DNA of 64,000 nt from Candidatus Subterrananammoxibius californiae (GTDB lineage: Bacteria; Planctomycetota; Brocadiia; Brocadiales; Subterrananammoxibiaceae), in the NCBI GenBank assembly GCA_030586555.1, contig JAURAC010000004.1, forward strand, positions 1 through 64,000. The letters are read 5' to 3'. Within the stretch, counting starts at the first letter, position 1, and each line of letters opens with the position of its first letter. Position numbers and translations under genes: made by a program. Below, piece after piece: positions 58,775-64,000 of this stretch. Under the pieces are notes generated by a model. It searched no databases, had not been told where the DNA came from, and saw nothing but the letters and a program-made list of their open reading frames with translations.

Positions 58775-61432
58775 ATGAAGAAGAAAAAGAAGATGTTTTA
58801 TGGATTTGCGTTTAGTATGATTTTGCTATTTGCCTTAACTCATAATAGTGGTTATGCTAACTGGGAATCCCATGGTATTGGTGGAGGCGGCGCACTGTAT
58901 TCAGCTTCAATAAGCCCACACGACCCACAGGTTATCTACATCGCCTCCGACATGACAGGAGTCTACCACACCGCCAATTTCGGCATTAGCTGGGAGACTA
59001 TTGACTTTAAGCAGCTTCAGGGTGGTATTGATACCAATGTTTGCTTTACCTCAGACCCATCCATCCTCTACGCCCTGCAAGTCACGGGAGACGATGCACG
59101 CAGGCCAGCGAAAAGCATAGATGGAGGCGCAACATGGACGCCTCTACCTAATGACCCTACTTATGGAGAGACATTTTCACTCCGCGCTGACCCTAACTCA
59201 ACCGAGCATCTTTTTGTGACAACATGGACTAAACTATACTTTTCAAGCGACGGCGGGGCAAGCTTCGATTTGGTTTATACTACCTCAAACTATGACGGCG
59301 GTTTGCACATCGCAGGCGTATTCTGGGATGGAAACAACATCTTCATAGGAACTCAGGACGGCCTACTTATCTCATCAAATGGAGGCACCAGCTTTGCCCT
59401 CTCCCCATACAATGGTATCCCATCTGGCGAGTATGTAGTCTCGTTTGCCAGCGCCAAGGAGGGAAGCGCCATTCGCTTTTTTGTCGTTACCTATGATAGC
59501 GTCTTCGCTGGCATTACAGGCGGCGAGGTATGGAATTATAAAAACGTCTATCGCCTTGATTGGGGACAAGGTAACTGGACTAAAAAGATTAACGGCATCC
59601 AGGATTGCGACCACCCTTTCTTTGTTGGTATGACCCTCAATGATGTGGACGTCGCTTACTTAGCAGGAGCCGCCATATATCCATGCTTTGGACCCATTGT
59701 CTATAAAACAACCGATGGCGGTAACACATGGAATAGCATTTTCTTGACCGACAACAACCAGAATATCGCAACCGGCTGGAGCGGCGATGGCGGCGACGAA
59801 GACTGGTGGTATGGCGAATATGTGCTGGGCTTTTCGGTATGCCCCAATAATTCAAACCGCGTCATCATTACCGACCTGGGTTTTGCACACGTAACAGACG
59901 ACGGCGGTGCCAACTGGCGACAGGCATACGTTGAACCCGCTTACGAGAACCCTGCAGGTAGCCCCACGCCTAAGGGTAGGTACTACCATGGCAATGGCTT
60001 AGAGGACACAAGTTCCTGGTGGCTTCACTGGACAGGTCAGAGTACAATAATTGCCGGCTTCTCCGACATCAATGGAACCCGAAGCGGCGATAATGGCAAT
60101 ACATGGGCTGCTGGCTCGAGTCTTGGCTTACCACACAATAGTACATACTGCATCATCGGGCACCCAACAAACGGTAAGCTCTACGCTGCGACCTCATCGG
60201 TGCATGACTTATATGAAAGCACTTACCTGCAAGACAGCCGAATCAACGGAGGGACAGGTTCATTGGTCATGTCAGACGACGAGGGCCAGACCTGGCAAAC
60301 CCTCAAGAACTTTAGTCATCCTGTAATCTGGCTTGCCATCAATCCAAATGACACAGAAACCATGTACGCCAGTGTGGTTCATAGCACCCTGGGAGGAATT
60401 TACGTTACACACAATCTTAGCGACGGTGCCTCTGCAACATGGACCAAGCTGGGCAACCCACCCCGAACCGAAGGTCATCCTTATAACATTCATGTATTGA
60501 ATGACGGCGCACTGGTGGCAACTTACTCAGGCAGGCGCAATACATCTGGCGCCTTTACTGAGAGTTCCGGGGTATTCATCAGCACTAATGGCGGCAATAC
60601 GTGGCTGGACCGTAGCGACACAGGCATGAGGCGATGGACCAAGGACATTGTTATAGACCCCAACGACCCGAATCAGAACACCTGGTACGTAGCTGTATTT
60701 AGCCACTGGGGAAGCTATCCAAATGAGGTCGGAGGCATTTACCGAACAACCAATCGGGGCCAGAGCTGGATGCGCATCAGCGATTCCTATAGAGTGGAGT
60801 CTGCTGCGATTCATCCGGATAACCCCAATGTCTTATACTTTTCCACCGAGACTGAGGGCTTGTGGCGCACTGATAATCTAAATGATACCTATCCAACGTT
60901 TACCCAGGTGGGAGATTACCCGTTCCGACACCCGGTTCGCATCTTCTTCAATCCCTTAAACCACAACGAGATTTGGGTAACCAATTTCGGTGGCGGGCTA
61001 TGGGTGTACACAGAGGATGGGGGAACCACCACAACTATATCTACTACAACAACCACAACGCTGACGCCAGTAACCACCACCACCACTACTACTACTATTA
61101 CTACTACTACAAGTACAACCACAACAACGCTGGCAAAGATATGCCGCACATGTCCTACTATGTTTTATGTAAAAAAGGGCAAGACTAAATGCAAGCCATT
61201 CTGGATATGGAATTGTGGGGGAGGAACGTTGAGTTGGACGGTTAGCAAGGATTGCAACTGGCTGACGCTCAGTCCGTCAAATGGAACGTCCACAGGAGAG
61301 GATATTAGAGTAACGGCTTGCGTTAATACTGCCGGTATGGTTAAGGGCGATTATCAATGTACCGTGACCATCACTGGAGAGGGTGCATCAAACTCTCCGC
61401 TGAAGTGCATAATCAGGTTGACGGTTAAATAA
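58775..61432 (+). CDS. Secreted BNR/Asp-box beta-propeller (GH74/sortilin-like) + Thr linker + BACON-like domain
   Basis: Signal peptide, GGGG..., SDM.GVY, repeated S.DGG.TW boxes, poly-Thr linker, N.GGGTLSW...WLTLSP..G. Confidence 0.78.
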   Translation: MKKKKKMFYGFAFSMILLFALTHNSGYANWESHGIGGGGALYSASISPHDPQVIYIASDMTGVYHTANFGISWETIDFKQLQGGIDTNVCFTSDPSILYALQVTGDDARRPAKSIDGGATWTPLPNDPTYGETFSLRADPNSTEHLFVTTWTKLYFSSDGGASFDLVYTTSNYDGGLHIAGVFWDGNNIFIGTQDGLLISSNGGTSFALSPYNGIPSGEYVVSFASAKEGSAIRFFVVTYDSVFAGITGGEVWNYKNVYRLDWGQGNWTKKINGIQDCDHPFFVGMTLNDVDVAYLAGAAIYPCFGPIVYKTTDGGNTWNSIFLTDNNQNIATGWSGDGGDEDWWYGEYVLGFSVCPNNSNRVIITDLGFAHVTDDGGANWRQAYVEPAYENPAGSPTPKGRYYHGNGLEDTSSWWLHWTGQSTIIAGFSDINGTRSGDNGNTWAAGSSLGLPHNSTYCIIGHPTNGKLYAATSSVHDLYESTYLQDSRINGGTGSLVMSDDEGQTWQTLKNFSHPVIWLAINPNDTETMYASVVHSTLGGIYVTHNLSDGASATWTKLGNPPRTEGHPYNIHVLNDGALVATYSGRRNTSGAFTESSGVFISTNGGNTWLDRSDTGMRRWTKDIVIDPNDPNQNTWYVAVFSHWGSYPNEVGGIYRTTNRGQSWMRISDSYRVESAAIHPDNPNVLYFSTETEGLWRTDNLNDTYPTFTQVGDYPFRHPVRIFFNPLNHNEIWVTNFGGGLWVYTEDGGTTTTISTTTTTTLTPVTTTTTTTTITTTTSTTTTTLAKICRTCPTMFYVKKGKTKCKPFWIWNCGGGTLSWTVSKDCNWLTLSPSNGTSTGEDIRVTACVNTAGMVKGDYQCTVTITGEGASNSPLKCIIRLTVK

Positions 61433-63135
61433 TGAAAAGCACTACCCAACAGAAACAATTAATTGTGTTGCTATTATTCATGTTCATTGCTTGTGCCAGC
61501 ATACCTCCTTGTGGTGTGGTTCGCGCTGACGGTGTTACTGACCCAACCCAGATTCTTACCCCGGCTCCATTGCCCCTGCAACCTGTGGGTACTCCCTTCA
61601 TGGACCCGGTCTTCGATACTTCTCTGCGCCGCGTCTCCAATACCAGCGATAGTGGAGGTTTTGAAACCCAAACTTATTCCCAACTCCAGGCATTCTCATC
61701 TGACAATGCCTACATACTGTTAAGTGGCTCAAACGGCTACGTCATCCGTCGTTTGAGCGACCTCAGTCTGGTAGCAGGTCTGGACACCTCAGAGTGGAAT
61801 GCTCCTCGCTGGCACCCTGTCATGTCCCACACCCTCGTCCACTTTGACAGTAACGCTGACACAACCATCCGTCTTCAATTCACGGACGTGGATACATTTA
61901 CCACTACCACAGTTTTCACCTTTCCATCTCAATACAATTACATACTGGTCAATCAATCCTTTGACGAAATTTCGGAGGATGGACGGTGGCTGGCTGGAAT
62001 GGTCATCCGTAACGACAGGAAAAGGGTCATCTTTGCACTGGATGTTCAGAATGGCGTCCTGACGGTGGAGTTGCCAATCTCTGATTTATATGCCGGCGAC
62101 TGCCAGCCTGACCCAGAGTGGGGTGAGGTCGAGCCGGACTGGGTGGGGGTCTCGCCGTTAGGCAGATACCTGGTAGTACAATGGAAGCGTGACGGCATCA
62201 CCCGATGTAGTGGTATGGAAACCTTCGACCTGCAAACAGGCAATTTCGTAGGGCGCGTATACGATGGTCACCAGCACGGCGACCTTGGTATAGATTCTGA
62301 CGGTACTACAGAGTTCTTCATGACATTCGAGATGTCTTCAACCTTTGATAACAATCGCCCCGCAATCGGCATGCGTGAACTACCCGGCACGCCCACCGTC
62401 AGTCAGCCCTCTTACTTGCAGGTGTTGGACTGGGGAAATGCCGGCCATATTTCTTGCCGGGGTCCCAACGGTGTAGGCCTTATATCATGCAATGGTTGGA
62501 ATGTTAATGGCTGGAATCCTTTTGAGAGGGAACTCTTCCTTCAATACACAGACGGTTCCGTCCTGCGACTCGCCCACCATCGTTCCAGCAGTTGCGGTTA
62601 CTGGGTTCAACCACGTGCAAGCATTTCACGCGATGGCCGCTATATAGTCTTCACCTCCGATTGGGGACAGGAAACGGGAATGAACAGTTGCAACGTCTGG
62701 AATGACCCACTGGGAGCAGGTGACCCGTACATTATTGACCTTGGAGATAATGCCACGGGCAGCACAACAACTACCACTACAACTACGACTATAAGTACAA
62801 CAACTTCTTCAACTATTACAACGACGTCTACTACGACTACAACCGTTGTATGCCAGTGTCCTGCCGATAGTTCTAAGGGATGTATATCAGGCACTGTGAA
62901 AAATCGTACAGGTAACCCGCTTGCAAAAAAGACCGTAAGACTAAAGAGAATATCCCCGAAAAAACCTTATGCCGCAATGAATGTTGTAACAGGTAACGAC
63001 GGTTGCTATCGCTTCACCAATCTTAAGAACGGCACATACGAGATAAAGGTAAATAGTTGCAATGGTGGGGGCACAAAAACTGTAGATGTCACTGCTGGTG
63101 GTAAGGTAAATGATGTGAATTTTCAGTGCAGATAG
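61432..63135 (+). CDS. Secreted beta-propeller-like protein + Thr linker + carboxypeptidase-regulatory/SdrD-B-like domain
   Basis: Signal peptide, DP.F...LRR.S, YSQLQAFS.D, RLAHHRS, QPRASISRDG..I.FTSDW, poly-Thr, ISGTV...G.Y.F.NL.NGTY.I. Confidence 0.72.
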   Translation: MKSTTQQKQLIVLLLFMFIACASIPPCGVVRADGVTDPTQILTPAPLPLQPVGTPFMDPVFDTSLRRVSNTSDSGGFETQTYSQLQAFSSDNAYILLSGSNGYVIRRLSDLSLVAGLDTSEWNAPRWHPVMSHTLVHFDSNADTTIRLQFTDVDTFTTTTVFTFPSQYNYILVNQSFDEISEDGRWLAGMVIRNDRKRVIFALDVQNGVLTVELPISDLYAGDCQPDPEWGEVEPDWVGVSPLGRYLVVQWKRDGITRCSGMETFDLQTGNFVGRVYDGHQHGDLGIDSDGTTEFFMTFEMSSTFDNNRPAIGMRELPGTPTVSQPSYLQVLDWGNAGHISCRGPNGVGLISCNGWNVNGWNPFERELFLQYTDGSVLRLAHHRSSSCGYWVQPRASISRDGRYIVFTSDWGQETGMNSCNVWNDPLGAGDPYIIDLGDNATGSTTTTTTTTTISTTTSSTITTTSTTTTTVVCQCPADSSKGCISGTVKNRTGNPLAKKTVRLKRISPKKPYAAMNVVTGNDGCYRFTNLKNGTYEIKVNSCNGGGTKTVDVTAGGKVNDVNFQCR

Positions 63136-63197
63136 TTAGCTTTGTCTTTCCGGAGTTAAAAGTAAGTTTACGTGGTATAACGTTGGCTGACACGGTT

Positions 63198-63371
63198 TTA
63201 CTCGTGGAATTTGTTATGATGATGTCTTGCAGAAAAGGGTGTAGTTTCGCAATCGGGACAGAGTATTAAATGAAATTTTTCATCCTCGATCTGCTCTGCA
63301 ATGACGGGGTGAAGCTCTACCCATGTACCAAACTTGCGTATCTTATTACATCTGGAGCATCGTATGACCAA
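63198..63371 (-). CDS. Small CxxC...CxxC zinc-ribbon-like protein (57 aa), missed by the ORF track
   Basis: GGAGG-N6-TTG; MVIRCSRCNKIRKFGTWVELHPVIAEQIEDEKFHLILCPDCETTPFSARHHHNKFHE*. Confidence 0.6.
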   Translation of the reverse strand: MVIRCSRCNKIRKFGTWVELHPVIAEQIEDEKFHLILCPDCETTPFSARHHHNKFHE

Positions 63372-63395
63372 CCATATCCTCCGTAACCAGAACTA

Positions 63396-64000
63396 CTACT
63401 GATGTAAGTAAGGTTGCGCAACAATCCTGTGCCGGGCGCCAAGCTGGGGTGTTACGGGTTTGGGAACGTATCCAATATCTCCTTTTGATTCCGACGTCCA
63501 TAGAGCTGTATAGCTCGTCGCGCTCCAAACCGGGACAATGTTAAACTCCAGATGCACTATGCCACCTGTACCTGGAAGAAAGTCACTTAGAAGATAACCG
63601 CCGAGCGGTTTAAATATAGCTCCACCGGCACCGATATTTACGCCAATAATTCCATCAATGGTTAAACCTCCAAAATTTCCGCCTAAGGCAAGTGCTCCGA
63701 CGCTATCCAATATCTCCACATCGAATCCTGTAGGGTTAGGATTAGCGCCGCCCGTAGTGACAAAGTCAGCATGTATCAGTCCCGGGGTAACAGTAACACC
63801 ACTTAGGGTCGCAAAGATTGATACACTTCCACCAACAATAAGGGGACCAGCAATAGTGCCTGGTGTAAAGGAGACTATACTACCAGTCATTGAAAGCAAT
63901 CCAGTTGCAGGTGTAAATGTGGTGATTCCATTTACGGGGCCCGAGGGAGAAGAGTCCCATCGTATAATAGGCGCTGTTATTGTGGGTGAGATAGTATGTG
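63396..64000 (-). CDS. Exported low-complexity protein with a degenerate PEP-CTERM-like tail, partial (5' end outside the window)
   Basis: Frame is open to base 64000; G/T/S-rich; ends ...KGDIGYVPKPVT, with GTGLL in a shifted frame. Confidence 0.55.
   Translation of the reverse strand, partial: HTISPTITAPIIRWDSSPSGPVNGITTFTPATGLLSMTGSIVSFTPGTIAGPLIVGGSVSIFATLSGVTVTPGLIHADFVTTGGANPNPTGFDVEILDSVGALALGGNFGGLTIDGIIGVNIGAGGAIFKPLGGYLLSDFLPGTGGIVHLEFNIVPVWSATSYTALWTSESKGDIGYVPKPVTPQLGARHRIVAQPYLHQ

Overview
A 64-kb stretch of bacterial chromosome (genetic code 11, moderate-to-low GC). Gene content and style suggest an anaerobic planctomycete of the Candidatus Brocadiia/anammox type; this is an inference and unverified. 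The backbone carries dgt, a HIT protein, a LysM/M23 lipoprotein, tRNA-Gly(CCC), mreBCD-mrdA, pcrA, anmK, two orphan PAS histidine kinases, ferredoxin:thioredoxin reductase plus trxA, recQ, uvrC, an 8-oxoG glycosylase, an RND pump, a protoglobin-PAS-HD-GYP sensor, smc, nrdR-nrdD-nrdG, mnmE, yidC, scpA and nadD. A cluster of secreted or surface proteins sits at the right end. Small accessory cassettes (TA pairs, HEPN genes, Fic) and many short palindromic REP-like elements are scattered through the backbone, several lying in frame inside conserved genes. Best candidates for new biology: (1) an AT-rich two-gene cassette encoding a multi-TM protein and a ComEC-type MBL hydrolase fused to an AGS-C sensor domain, with no cyclase, bounded by 21-bp perfect inverted repeats and 36-bp direct repeats next to a broken comM; (2) an AT-rich nucleoside 2-deoxyribosyltransferase + second dGTPase operon between nrdG and smc; (3) an NrdD whose glycyl-radical RxxGY motif reads RMGCN; (4) a CxxCH heme-c motif inside PBP2. 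No CRISPR array, rRNA, transposase or integrase was seen. All family calls come from motif recognition by eye, not database searches.
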